64,000 nucleotides of DNA from an uncultured Anaerolineales bacterium (GCA_964478075.1 CAYZGO010000008.1:37284-101283); one strand, 5' to 3'; counted from the stretch's first letter, positions 1 through 9,632 are shown. The notes: a model not told the origin generated them from the letters alone. Made by a program: numbers and translations.

Positions 1-560
1 GGCGCAATGATTTCTGTGATGGCCTGTGTCTGGTAGCCATCAAACTGGTCTTCGCCTACCTCCCGCGTGCGGTCGCTGATGGCAGCGACAAGCAAGCACG
101 GGAAAAGATGCACAACGCGGCCAGCATAGCCGGCCTGGGCTTTGGCAACTCCCTGGCGGCCCTGGCACACGCCATGGGCCATTCGCTGGGTGCCGTGTTT
201 CACATCCCGCATGGCCGCGCCGTTGGCCTCTTCCTGCCCTACACGATCGAGTTCGTGGGCGAGTCAATGGCCGAGCGCTACGCCGACATCGCCCGTTTCC
301 TGGGCATTGGCGCAGCTTCGTCCCCGCAGCCTGCCAGGTTGTTGGCTAACCACATCCGAGACCTGGCCAGGAGTATAGGGCAGCCCCAGTCTCTTCAGGA
401 AGCAGGTATCAGCGCGGAGCAGTTTGAGACCATGCTGCCCAGGCTGGTGGAGAATGCAGAAAGCGACGCTACCCTGGTCGTGAGCGTACGCATACCTGAC
501 AGCACAGAATTGACGCGTCTCTACCGCCACGCCTTCGAAGGCAGGCGGATTGACTTTTGA
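1..560 (+). CDS. Iron-containing alcohol dehydrogenase, C-terminal part (5' end lies outside the window)
   Basis: Open frame from window position 3 with no stop. The GHSLGAVFHIPHGRAVG and AASIAGLGFGNS motifs are typical of the Fe-ADH family. Ends at TGA 558-560. Confidence 0.8.
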   Translation, partial: RNDFCDGLCLVAIKLVFAYLPRAVADGSDKQAREKMHNAASIAGLGFGNSLAALAHAMGHSLGAVFHIPHGRAVGLFLPYTIEFVGESMAERYADIARFLGIGAASSPQPARLLANHIRDLARSIGQPQSLQEAGISAEQFETMLPRLVENAESDATLVVSVRIPDSTELTRLYRHAFEGRRIDF

Positions 561-812
561 ATTGGACTCTGGCGGATTCTGAGCCCTCGTATCTGGTAGA
601 GCTTGCTCCGTCGCTCCCAAGATGTGAGTCCGTAATCACGTCTTCAATCGCCCTTTCCCCGACAGAGGACTGACGTGATCACTACGAGCAAAAGCGCCAA
701 TATCCAGTTTTGAAGCCAGTTGCAGCACGGACTCTCCCGCAGGTTGCCAGATAAAGTCTTGTGTCTGGCGGGTGCCTAACCTGCGGAAGGATCAAGAAGG
801 AAGGAGCACGAT

Positions 813-2642
813 ATGAACGGCTTTATGGGCAAACTGTTAGTCGTGGATTTGACCAGCGGTCAAATCGCGACTGTGCCGCTCAACGAGCAATATGCCAGGC
901 TCTTTGTAGGCGGCGCTGGCCTGGCCTGCCGCTATCTTTATGATCAGGTTGACCGCGATACCGATCCCCTGGGCCCGCAGAATCCGCTTCTGTTCATGAC
1001 TGGCCCCCTGGTTGGGACGATGGCCCCATCCTGCGGGCGCCATGTCGTTTGCGCTCGCTCTCCGCAGACTGGCCTCTGGGCCGAGTCCAACTCTGGTGGC
1101 CGCTTTGGCCCCTATCTACGCTTCTCTGGCTACGATGGTGTCTTGTTCACTGGCAAAGCACCCTACCCCACGTACCTGTCCATCTGGAACGGCAAGGCCG
1201 AACTCAGGGATGCCAGAGGCATTTGGGGTAAGGACACCTATGAAACCCAAGCAGCAATTCGACACGAGTTGGCTGGTGCCAAGGTCAGCATCGCCTGCAT
1301 TGGTCAAGCGGGGGAGAGGCTCATCAAGTATGCAGCGGTCATGAACGACCGTGGACGTGCCGCCGGGCGCACAGGCATGGGCGCAGTCATGGGGGCGAAG
1401 AATCTCAAGGCTATCGCCGCTGGTGGCGAACTCAAGGTGCCGGTGGCCGACGAAGCGCGGCTCAAGGCAGCAGCGAAGGAAGCCATTAGTGCCATAAAAG
1501 AAGACGTACGTGCCCAGTTCCTGCAAGCAGGGGGTACAGCGTGTACCACTGACACGACGATGTGGATGGGTGACGTGCCAGCCAGGTACTTTACGCAGGG
1601 GTTGTGGGAACCAGTCACCAACCTGGGGGGCGCAACGATGGCCGAGACGATCCTCAGCGGCAGGCGGTCTTGCTATCGTTGCCCTATCGGCTGTGGCCGG
1701 GTAACGACCATCAAGGGCAAACACGCCACGGACAGAATAAACGGCCCTGAGTATGAGACTGCCATCGCCTACGGGTCATTGATCCTCTGTGACGACTTAC
1801 AGGGAGTCGCCTACGCTGGCCACTTGTGCGATCTCTACGGCCTCGACACTATCAGCGCTGGTGCGACCATTGCCTTTGCCTATTACCTCTACGACCAGGG
1901 TATCATCTCCAAAGAGGACACGGGTGGTTTGGAGTTGCAGTGGGGTGACATTGAACCGGCTCTGATTCTGACCGAGCAAATCGCTCAGCGCAAGGGCTTT
2001 GGTGCCATCTTGGCAGAAGGCTCGCAGTACCTGGGGCGCAAGTACGGTGTCGAGGATTTGGCCGTGCAGGTCAACGGGTTGGAGGTGCCTATGCATGATC
2101 CGCGCGCCTTTGCTGGCCTGGCTCTGGTCTACGCGACCTCGCCCCGTGGCGCCTGCCATAATCAGGGAGACATGTACTTGGTTGACCTGGGCGCGCCAGT
2201 ATATGAACTGGATATCCAGATTGGGGACCGCTTCGAAAGCTCGGAGGAGAAAGCGCTGATGACCTCACGGTCGCAGAACTGGCGCACGCTCTACAATTCG
2301 ATGATTATGTGCATGTTCTGCAATCCGGAGGTCAGTACCATTGTGGATTTGCTCAATGCGGCGACTGGCTGGGGCTTGCAGATCAGCGACCTCTTGCCGC
2401 TCGGCGAGCGTGCCTTCAACCTCAAACGCCTTTTCAACGGCAAGCTTGGTCTGACAGCAAAGAACGATCGCTTGCCCAAGCTGCTGTTACAGCCGTTGCC
2501 AGAGAGTGAAGCAGAGACGCGGGTGCCGGATATGGACGTACTGCTGCCTGCATTCTACCGTGTGCGCGGCTGGGATTCGAACACAGGCATGCCCACGCCC
2601 GAGAAGCTGCGAGAGCTGGGGCTGGAGGATCTAGCCTTCTAG
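813..2642 (+). CDS. aor: Aldehyde:ferredoxin oxidoreductase (tungsten-containing AOR family)
   Basis: 609 aa. N-terminal MNGFMGKLLVVDLTSG...VGGAGLACRYLYD is the AOR N-domain. RBS GGAAGGAG 6 nt upstream of the ATG. Confidence 0.9.
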   Translation: MNGFMGKLLVVDLTSGQIATVPLNEQYARLFVGGAGLACRYLYDQVDRDTDPLGPQNPLLFMTGPLVGTMAPSCGRHVVCARSPQTGLWAESNSGGRFGPYLRFSGYDGVLFTGKAPYPTYLSIWNGKAELRDARGIWGKDTYETQAAIRHELAGAKVSIACIGQAGERLIKYAAVMNDRGRAAGRTGMGAVMGAKNLKAIAAGGELKVPVADEARLKAAAKEAISAIKEDVRAQFLQAGGTACTTDTTMWMGDVPARYFTQGLWEPVTNLGGATMAETILSGRRSCYRCPIGCGRVTTIKGKHATDRINGPEYETAIAYGSLILCDDLQGVAYAGHLCDLYGLDTISAGATIAFAYYLYDQGIISKEDTGGLELQWGDIEPALILTEQIAQRKGFGAILAEGSQYLGRKYGVEDLAVQVNGLEVPMHDPRAFAGLALVYATSPRGACHNQGDMYLVDLGAPVYELDIQIGDRFESSEEKALMTSRSQNWRTLYNSMIMCMFCNPEVSTIVDLLNAATGWGLQISDLLPLGERAFNLKRLFNGKLGLTAKNDRLPKLLLQPLPESEAETRVPDMDVLLPAFYRVRGWDSNTGMPTPEKLRELGLEDLAF

Positions 2643-4012
2643 CGGAAAGAGAAGGGCTGCCCGGCGATGAATTGTCCGTACCCCACGCGTCCCACGAAGT
2701 CCCCGTTGTCCACGATGACCTGACCTCGCAGCAAGACGAGGCGGGGATAGCCGCGTACAGTGTGCCCTTCGAAAGGGCAGTAGTCTACCCGCTGATGCAG
2801 TGTCTTGTACGACAGCGTCACTTCCTCGTCGCTGTCGTAGATCACCAGGTCGGCGTCGGAGCCCACTGCGATGGTGCCCTTGCGCGGATACAGGCCAAAG
2901 AGGCGTGCTGGGCCAGAGGCACATACGTTGACGAACTGCTGCAACGAGAGACGTCCTTTGCCCACACCTTCGCTGAAAAGCAGCGGCACGCGCGTCTCAA
3001 TACCCGGTGCGCCGTTGGGAATCATGGCGAAAGAATCGCGGGCGCGCACTTTGTGCGTCTCGTAGTACCAGGGGCAGTGGTCGGTGGAAACGGCCTGCAG
3101 TCGCCCATCTGCCAATGCCTGCCACAGCACATCCCAATTGGCTTTGTCGCGAAGCGGTGGGGACAGCACGAACTTTGCTGCTTCGAAGCCAGGCCGCTCG
3201 TAGTCATCCTGACAGAGGAACAAGTACTGCGGGCAGGTTTCCGCGTAGATTTGCTGGCCCCGCCGACGTGCTGCCTGCACTGCTTCCAGGGTCTCACGAC
3301 AAGTCAGGTGTGCAATGTACACCGGGGCATTGACCAACTGCGCCAGAACCGCCACGCGATTGGCAGCTTCAGCTTCGACCAGCGGCGGGCGGCTGAGAGG
3401 ATGGTACCTGGGCGACGTGTTGCCCTGACTCAGGAGCTGGGCCGTTAAGTAAGCAATGGCGTCATGGTTTTCGGTATGAACCATGGGCAAGATGCCGCAA
3501 TCCCGCGTCGCCGCAAGCAAGCGCAGCAGCTCGCCATCCTGCAGACGGAGACCTTCGTAGGTGGTGTATAGCTTGGCGCTGGCATAACCAGCTTTGGCCA
3601 GAGCAGGCAATTGCTCCAGCGTCTTCTCCGTGGCGTCTGCCAAGGTCAGGTGCAGGGTGTAGTCTACGGCTACACGGCCATCAGCTTCCGCACGTCGCGC
3701 AGCAGCGCCTTCGGACAGGTCATCTCCTCGATAGTTGCTGGTAAAGTCAATGACTGTGGTTGTGCCGCCACAAGCGGCTGCGATTGTGCCCGTGGTGAAA
3801 TCATCGCTGGAGGTGATGTCGCCGATGGTCATCTGCAGGTGCACGTGCGCGTCAACGAAGCCCGGGAATACATACTGGCCACTGACGTCAATCACTTTGT
3901 CGCCTTTGAGGCCCTGGCCAATGGCAGCGATCTTTTCATCCTCAATGCCGATGTCAGTCACAACAACACTCTCAGCGGTAACCACCGTCCCATTCTTGAC
4001 AACGCAATCCAT
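2639..4012 (-). CDS. Dihydropyrimidinase / D-hydantoinase (cyclic amidohydrolase)
   Basis: VKNGTVVT...PGFVDAHVHLQM metal-binding motif and SDADLV C-terminus. Start placed at the internal ATG (MDCVVKNG) with a GGAGGA RBS. The track's TTG at 4027 is a 5-codon extension. The stop overlaps the aor stop by 4 nt (convergent). Confidence 0.88.
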   Translation of the reverse strand: MDCVVKNGTVVTAESVVVTDIGIEDEKIAAIGQGLKGDKVIDVSGQYVFPGFVDAHVHLQMTIGDITSSDDFTTGTIAAACGGTTTVIDFTSNYRGDDLSEGAAARRAEADGRVAVDYTLHLTLADATEKTLEQLPALAKAGYASAKLYTTYEGLRLQDGELLRLLAATRDCGILPMVHTENHDAIAYLTAQLLSQGNTSPRYHPLSRPPLVEAEAANRVAVLAQLVNAPVYIAHLTCRETLEAVQAARRRGQQIYAETCPQYLFLCQDDYERPGFEAAKFVLSPPLRDKANWDVLWQALADGRLQAVSTDHCPWYYETHKVRARDSFAMIPNGAPGIETRVPLLFSEGVGKGRLSLQQFVNVCASGPARLFGLYPRKGTIAVGSDADLVIYDSDEEVTLSYKTLHQRVDYCPFEGHTVRGYPRLVLLRGQVIVDNGDFVGRVGYGQFIAGQPFSFR

Positions 4013-4110
4013 TATATCCTCCGGCAAGGATGGTCAGACAAAAGAAGGGTATTGAGGTCGGCACTCCTCAATACCCTCCATCTGGTCTGCAGGGGAAGCC
4101 CCTAGGGGTC

Positions 4111-4494
4111 TCACCAGCCCCACTGATACCACCAGTATGGATAGCCGTAGCAGTACCAATAGCAGCACCAGTAGTTCGGCGGATACCAGTAGCCCGGCGG
4201 GTAGTAGGGGCCTGGCGGTGGCGGCGGTGGCGGCGGTGGAGGTGGGGGTGGGCCAGTGCCCACAGGAATGTATAGGACTTGCCCTATGTAGATGTAATCA
4301 GGATTGGACAGGTCGTTCGCCGCTGCAATGGTGTACGGATTGACGCCATACAGACGGCCGATGGAGTAGAGCGTTTCCCCGGCCCTGACCATGTGGTAGC
4401 CAGGATCGGCTAGGACTGCTGTGGCCCCCACAAGCAATTGCAAGACCAACAGGAACACAATGAGCAGCAAGCCTCTGCGCAAGAGCTTTTTCAC
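4111..4494 (-). CDS. Secreted LysM-domain protein with a P13 polyproline linker and a Trp/Tyr/Cys-rich C-terminal tail
   Basis: Signal peptide MKKLLRRGLLLIVFLLVLQLLVGATAVLA, then a LysM core (YHMVRAGETLYSIGRLYGV...IYIGQVLYIP), then PPPPPPPPPPPPP, then YWYPPNYWCCYWYCYGYPYWWYQWGW. GTG start with a GAAGGAGGA RBS. Confidence 0.8.
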   Translation of the reverse strand: MKKLLRRGLLLIVFLLVLQLLVGATAVLADPGYHMVRAGETLYSIGRLYGVNPYTIAAANDLSNPDYIYIGQVLYIPVGTGPPPPPPPPPPPPPGPYYPPGYWYPPNYWCCYWYCYGYPYWWYQWGW

Positions 4495-4555
4495 AACTTC
4501 CTCCTTCTAGGCTGGTCAGAAATACACGCATTTAGCCTGGTTAAGTCGTGCAGCT

Positions 4556-5020
4556 CTAAGCAATGTACAGCGTCTGTCCGATGTAGATGAAATTGGGGTT
4601 CCAGATGCCGTTAGCCTGGGCAATAGCCCACACCGTGGTGCCGAAGCGCCAGGCGATGCCACTCAAAGTGTCGCCTGGCTGCACGATGTAGATACGCGGC
4701 CCAGGGCTGGGTCCGGATACCGGTATTAATAACCACTGTCCAGCGCGGATGTAGTTGATGTTCCAGATGCCATTCGCCTGGGCTATGGCCCACACCGTGG
4801 TGCCATAGTACCTGGCGATTTTTGTCAGAGTCTCCCCCCACTGCACCAGATGGTACGCAGGATACGGGAACGGTGGCCCTGGCGGTACAGGCGGAGCGGT
4901 GGGCGGCGACGGTGCAGAGGGCAGCGGCGGCGCAGCAAAGACGGGGGATGAACTCAAGCAAAGTAACACGCCAACTGCAAGCACTACCGTTACAATACGA
5001 AGAAACGGCTTCCGGCTCAT
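4556..5020 (-). CDS. Secreted protein with two tandem LysM domains and a Pro/Ser-rich N-terminal linker
   Basis: Signal peptide, then the APPLPSAPSPPTAPPVPPGPP linker, then two LysM repeats (YHLVQWGETLTKIARYYGTTVWAIAQANGI and YIVQPGDTLSGIAWRFGTTVWAIAQANGI). AAGGGAGG RBS before the ATG. Confidence 0.85.
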   Translation of the reverse strand: MSRKPFLRIVTVVLAVGVLLCLSSSPVFAAPPLPSAPSPPTAPPVPPGPPFPYPAYHLVQWGETLTKIARYYGTTVWAIAQANGIWNINYIRAGQWLLIPVSGPSPGPRIYIVQPGDTLSGIAWRFGTTVWAIAQANGIWNPNFIYIGQTLYIA

Positions 5021-5645
5021 CTTTCTAGACCTCCCTTCTTCAGCAAATACTAGAAGACCATACCAGTTGCTTGACTACATCATACACGAAATCTCGAACA
5101 AATTCAAGTACCAAGCGCGAAAGCGCCATCATTCCTGCGCTTGCGCCAGGCAGAAAGCAACGCCGGTGCTGCAGATAGGACACCAGCCAGGAATAGAACT
5201 GTGAGCACCTACTTGAGAATATGTACCTTGCGATGCATTTTCTCGGTTGCGAAATGATAAAAGTGCTCGCCGTCCGTTTCAGATGACGTAACAAATGCGT
5301 GGAAGATACGGCGCTCTTATCAGAGACCCCGGCAATACGTGGACGGACGGCATTCGCATGAACGTTCGACGACGCGCGAGTTAACACACAACTCTGCTGC
5401 AGAATCTGTAGAAACCTGCGTCGGGCTCCAACTAACAGCAGTAGATCAAATCCACACGAAATCGCATGACATTGGCATGCCTTGATATAGACTCCTCGAC
5501 TTTGCCGGGACATCCCAATCCTGCTGCACCTTCTCAGATGGAGCAGGGTCCGGCTCCCCCCTTGCTGTATGCTTCTCTACACACAGGCTGGGCAGCGCTT
5601 CTGCCTTCCTGCTGCCCAGCCTGGTTTATTATTCCGGGATGTCGT

Positions 5646-7913
5646 TTAACGAGTGATGGAGCGCAACCATTGCCAGAATTCTTCCCAAGACCTCAGAAGT
5701 TGTGGGGAAGGAGTGGGGGCGTTCGGGTTTTCAACGTTGCCCGGCTCGACCTGATAGGCTGTGCCGTCCAGCACAACGATGACTCGCTCGCCTACAGCAA
5801 AGTACCTGCCCCATTGTGGATGTTCTGCGAGCAGCCTGAAATAGGTCGGGCTGCCAAACTGAAGACGGGTGACACGCATCTTTTGCGGATCGTAGGTCGT
5901 ATCCGTCCAGATGTTGTCGCGCAGGAGGAAAGTCTTGTTCGCCACCAGCTTGATCTCATCCGCCTTGCTTCCGCCGCCCACTTCAGCCCCCGCCAGGCTG
6001 CTCTGGGCCTGGCTGTCAGCGACAGCTTTAGCACCAAAAGCGGGCATGGCCGTGGGCGCCACAAACCAATTGCTTTCGGCAACCCGCTTTCGGCCCGCAT
6101 CAGTGAGGATTTCCTCCCGTTCGTCCACCAGGAAAGAGGTGTAGGGCGTCATGATTCCATAGCGCACACTGAGGGAGACGATGCTATCCACCAGTTCCTT
6201 GTTCTCCCCATGCAAGCGGATCTGTTTGAGCATGTGCCCAATCTTACGCGTTGCCCATAGACGAGGGATAAAGTCCTGCCCACCCTGGTCATTGAAGCTG
6301 ACACTGGGATAGGAGAAATAACGCTCCTCACCGTTGATTTTGCCTTGCAGCGTCACTTGTGCTTCGCCTCTGACAGAAGGGCTAGAGGCTCCGTCATCTG
6401 TACGATAACGGCCGACCACGAGCAGTTGACTGCCAGCAAAGAGATCCGGCAGGGGATACGGATACATATCTTCCACAACAACGCCATCCACCTGCAGACT
6501 CAAGTCCGACAGGAGCGGCGTGCTGATCTTGGTATAGAAAGCCGCCACTTCTTCCTCAATGCTCTGCCCGGGCTCCACGTAAGCGCTTGCGCCTCGATGT
6601 GCCTGGCTGATGGTATCCAGCAGGATGGTGTTCACGTCGTAGCCAACACCAAAGGTGAACAGGCGGACGTTATCCGCCGCAGCCCGGTCTACGTCAATGA
6701 TGATGCGCTCCAGGTCTGTCACGCCTTCTGTGGGCAAGCCGTCGGTCAAGAAGATGATGAACTGCGGCCGTTCGGCCGTGGCCATGGACAAGGCCTCCAG
6801 CAAGGCACGATCAATGTTGGTCCCACCTCCCGCGTAGAGACTGCGCACGAAGCGGCGCGCCTCCCCACGCTCTGAGGCAGGCCGCAGATGGGGAGCATAC
6901 GCTCTTACAGCAGTGTCGAAGGCGACGATGTTGAAGCGGTCCTCCTGGTGCAGGTGGTTGAGGACGAATTCGACCGCGTCCTGGGCTTGCTGCAGCTTTT
7001 GTCCTTCCATGCTGCCGGAGGTGTCCAGGACAAAGATGACGTCTTTAGCCACGACTGCCCGCTCATCTGCCTCCATCTTTGGCGCGACCAGCAGGAGAAA
7101 GAACCCGGCCTCGCCGCGTTCCCTGTAGGATAGCAGGTTCAAGCCCACGTCATCTTCGGAGATGCTGTAATACAGCTCAAAGTCCTTATCGGGCCTGACG
7201 TCGTTGGCTTCAAAACTCACGCGGGCCGACGTTTCGCTTGTGCGCTCGACGACGGTTTTGTGGCTGGGGGAGTAGATGGCCTTGATCGGGACTCGGGACT
7301 GCAGGTCAACGGTGACCACCACCTCCTCAAGCGGGCGGCTGGAGAAACGTTCTGTGTTCAGGGGGTAGACGTAGTGAACCAGTCCCCTTTCAGCTTTCAG
7401 GATCTCGCTGTAAGCAAGCTGCACCCGCTTTTCACCATAGGCTGGAATCGGGTAAATGCTGGCCTGAAAAGCATTGCGGCCTATGTACTCTAACAGCGCA
7501 GGGTCACGACGGCGACGCACAATGCTCTCGTAGACGAGGCGCGCCTCGTCCTTGTCCAGTATCTTGCCCGAAAGGCGCTGGCCATCCACGAACATGGCAA
7601 AGTCGGAGATAGCTGCCTCCTCGGGCAAGGGGAAGATGTACGTGCCTTCCAGTTCATATGGCGAATCGTTGAGGAAAACCTGGTCAATGCTGGTCTCGGC
7701 TACTTGGTTTTCGATGACGACCTTGACGCGGTGGTATTTGACCGCGAGGTCGGGCACGACATCCACGTGCGGTGGCGGCACAGGAACGATGAACCCATCC
7801 GCGCTGGCCGCCTGCTCAGTAGACATGAACAAGAACATGAAGGCGCAGGCGGCGAGCAGAAAACGCATTGACTTCGGTATATCTGTCCGGCGGGTCAGTA
7901 TCAGAACTCTCAT
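5646..7913 (-). CDS. Secreted VIT (vault/inter-alpha-trypsin) + von Willebrand factor type A domain protein
   Basis: 755 aa. N-terminal signal-like hydrophobic stretch; the VIT-like region sits before the vWA MIDAS motif DTSGSM (FVLDTSGSMEGQKL). AGGAGG RBS at 7913. Confidence 0.8.
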   Translation of the reverse strand: MRVLILTRRTDIPKSMRFLLAACAFMFLFMSTEQAASADGFIVPVPPPHVDVVPDLAVKYHRVKVVIENQVAETSIDQVFLNDSPYELEGTYIFPLPEEAAISDFAMFVDGQRLSGKILDKDEARLVYESIVRRRRDPALLEYIGRNAFQASIYPIPAYGEKRVQLAYSEILKAERGLVHYVYPLNTERFSSRPLEEVVVTVDLQSRVPIKAIYSPSHKTVVERTSETSARVSFEANDVRPDKDFELYYSISEDDVGLNLLSYRERGEAGFFLLLVAPKMEADERAVVAKDVIFVLDTSGSMEGQKLQQAQDAVEFVLNHLHQEDRFNIVAFDTAVRAYAPHLRPASERGEARRFVRSLYAGGGTNIDRALLEALSMATAERPQFIIFLTDGLPTEGVTDLERIIIDVDRAAADNVRLFTFGVGYDVNTILLDTISQAHRGASAYVEPGQSIEEEVAAFYTKISTPLLSDLSLQVDGVVVEDMYPYPLPDLFAGSQLLVVGRYRTDDGASSPSVRGEAQVTLQGKINGEERYFSYPSVSFNDQGGQDFIPRLWATRKIGHMLKQIRLHGENKELVDSIVSLSVRYGIMTPYTSFLVDEREEILTDAGRKRVAESNWFVAPTAMPAFGAKAVADSQAQSSLAGAEVGGGSKADEIKLVANKTFLLRDNIWTDTTYDPQKMRVTRLQFGSPTYFRLLAEHPQWGRYFAVGERVIVVLDGTAYQVEPGNVENPNAPTPSPQLLRSWEEFWQWLRSITR

Positions 7914-8000
7914 TGTGCTCCTCCTTGGGACCTGTGGTCTTGTCTCGCATCACACAAAGCTTGCCACATCCTGGGACGATGCACGATGAGCGAATGTTCC

Positions 8001-8040
8001 ACAAATCAAAGACCGCCTCCATTCACTAATGGAGGCGGTC
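8001..8040 (-). terminator. Rho-independent terminator for minus-strand transcription
   Basis: Hairpin GACCGCCTCCATT-CACTA-ATGGAGGCGGTC (8011-8040). On the minus strand it is followed by TTTGATTTG. Confidence 0.5.
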
Positions 8041-8057
8041 GTAGGGATGAGTTGCCA

Positions 8058-8146
8058 GTGCTCCGTCAAGCTCAAATTGAGGCCTTGTAGTAGCGACTTC
8101 AGTCGTCAGCCAAGCGGGAGAAGCGACTGAAGTCGCCACTACGAAC
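8058..8146. repeat. Palindromic interspersed element, copy 1 (REP/MITE-like family A)
   Basis: GAGGCCTTGTAGTAGCGACTTCAGTCG...CGACTGAAGTCGCCACTACGAAC. About 88% identical to copy 2 at 28506-28594, including a shared 5' flank GTGCT(C/G)CGTCAAGC. Confidence 0.75.
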
Positions 8147-8155
8147 GAATCAGTG

Positions 8156-8404
8156 CTAGACCTTGCGGCCCATGGCTTGCAGCATAGCCTTGCGCACGGC
8201 CTCGCCAATGTTAATGTCATCCAGAAGGACGATCTGGTCACAGCGCAAAGTGGCATTTAGAAGTGGGTGCTTGCGTAGCGTCCGAGACACGACGTAGACA
8301 AGCAGTGCTGTGTACGAAGCTCCGCGCCGGGCTGTTTCTGCCTCGCTCATGTCCACTTCAATCGTCAAGGCAATGTGGGGTGCCTCTCGCACGCTTTGCT
8401 GCAT
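8156..8404 (-). pseudogene. Fragment of a 2-oxoacid dehydrogenase E2 acyltransferase catalytic domain
   Basis: 82 aa. HIALTIEVDMSEA...LRKHPLLNA matches the start of the E2 catalytic domain but terminates after about 70 residues. No lipoyl or E3-binding parts are present. It abuts repeat copy 1. Confidence 0.55.
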
Positions 8405-8491
8405 GCGCTATCTGACTGCGAGCCAGCGGGTGGAAGCAATGTACGAAGTGAGGTTTTCCCCTTTACGTGCGGCTCGCTGCAAGGACAAGAT

Positions 8492-9481
8492 CTACAAGAT
8501 ACAGGGTATGCTTTCCCCGCATGAGGGACACTCGCTCAGAGGCGTCAGAAGATTTCGCCGCATGGTGTACGAGGAACGCTCGATCAGCAGTTGGCCGCAG
8601 GAAGGACAGTATGTGTTCTGGCTGGGGTGACCCTGAACGTTGCCCAGGTAAGGATAGGCCAGCCCTGCCTGTCGTGCGAGGTCATAAGCACGCTCCAACG
8701 TGCTTATCCGGGTGGGAGAAGCACGCATCTGGTGTGCTGGATGGTACCGTGTAAAGTGCAATGGCGTCTCAGAGCCTACAGTTTGCAAGTGACGGGTTAT
8801 CAGATCACGCAGTGCTTCCTGAGAATCATTGACGCCAGTCACCACCAGGTTCACGATCTCCACGTGCAATCCCATCTCTTTGGCCGCAGCCGCCGTCTCC
8901 CAGACCATTTCTCCATGCGAAGCAACACAGTATTCGCGATACACCTGTGCATTACCCTTCACATCAATCTTGATGGCATCCAGGCCTGCAGCTTGCAACT
9001 CCCGCAGGGTATCGAGCGTCATGTAACCATTGGACACATAGCAAGTGTACAACCCAACCGCTTTGGCCAGAGAAAAAGCGGCCAGGTTGTACTCGTGTAG
9101 CAAGGTTGGCTCAGTGAAACTGCAGCAAAGTCCCTGATCGCCAAGATGCAAAGCCATGTCCACCAAATCCTCTGGCGAGACGTACCTGGCCTGGACTTGC
9201 AAAGGGTCTGTGCGGCTCAAGTGCGAGTTCTGGCACCAGCGGCAGCGCAAGTTACATGAGTAGCTGCAGTAGGTAAGGGCAGTGGAGCCGGGGTGAAAGT
9301 GAAAGAAGGGTTTGATCTCTATGGGACGGCTTTCCAGAGCGGCTAACCGCCCGTAGACCACGCTCTGCAGATGCCCATGCACGTTGCGTCTCGTTCGACA
9401 GAAGCCGACATCGCGGGGTTTGATCAAGCAGCCACGGCGGCAGAGAGAGCATTGGAGCACATCCTTAGAAGCGGCACTCAT
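8492..9481 (-). CDS. Radical SAM enzyme (PFL-activase-like; N-terminal Cys-rich motif resembling AmmeMemoRadiSam-type enzymes)
   Basis: CNLRCRWC (CX3CX2C) radical-SAM cluster. N-terminal CSLCRRGCLIKPRDVGFC motif. C-terminal CPSCG...CPSCG zinc-ribbon. Start placed at the ATG (MSAASKD) with a GGAGGT RBS. Confidence 0.75.
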   Translation of the reverse strand: MSAASKDVLQCSLCRRGCLIKPRDVGFCRTRRNVHGHLQSVVYGRLAALESRPIEIKPFFHFHPGSTALTYCSYSCNLRCRWCQNSHLSRTDPLQVQARYVSPEDLVDMALHLGDQGLCCSFTEPTLLHEYNLAAFSLAKAVGLYTCYVSNGYMTLDTLRELQAAGLDAIKIDVKGNAQVYREYCVASHGEMVWETAAAAKEMGLHVEIVNLVVTGVNDSQEALRDLITRHLQTVGSETPLHFTRYHPAHQMRASPTRISTLERAYDLARQAGLAYPYLGNVQGHPSQNTYCPSCGQLLIERSSYTMRRNLLTPLSECPSCGESIPCIL

Positions 9482-9632
9482 GGAGAACCTCCAGAATCGG
9501 CTACAGTATAGTTCATATTCTGACCCTTGTCTATCCACTCAACTATTGCTTGGCGGTTGCGATGTTGCAACTTGACCGGAATGGTGATATAATGTCAGCA
9601 ACGACCTGCAGTTTGAACCGTGAGGAGGGGCC

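Noticed and set aside
560-812. Possible riboswitch (for example a Moco/Wco motif) in the 250-nt region upstream of aor
   Set aside because: Only a simple 9-bp inverted repeat (CCGCAGGTT...AACCTGCGG) was found near the RBS. I cannot match any riboswitch consensus by eye. Left unreported as a feature; worth an Rfam scan.
1116-2159. Multiple long antisense ORFs inside aor (and similarly inside dnaK, the Mop-like gene, the YfhO-Wzx gene and the STAND regulator)
   Set aside because: They are typical high-GC antisense open frames that overlap genes with strong homology. They have no RBS and carry low-complexity Arg/Ala/Pro-rich translations.
5040-5513. 157-aa minus-strand ORF in the LysM leader region
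   Set aside because: Low-complexity Cys/Arg-rich translation, no RBS, low local GC, and it lies in the expected 5' UTR of the LysM operon. Judged to be non-coding.
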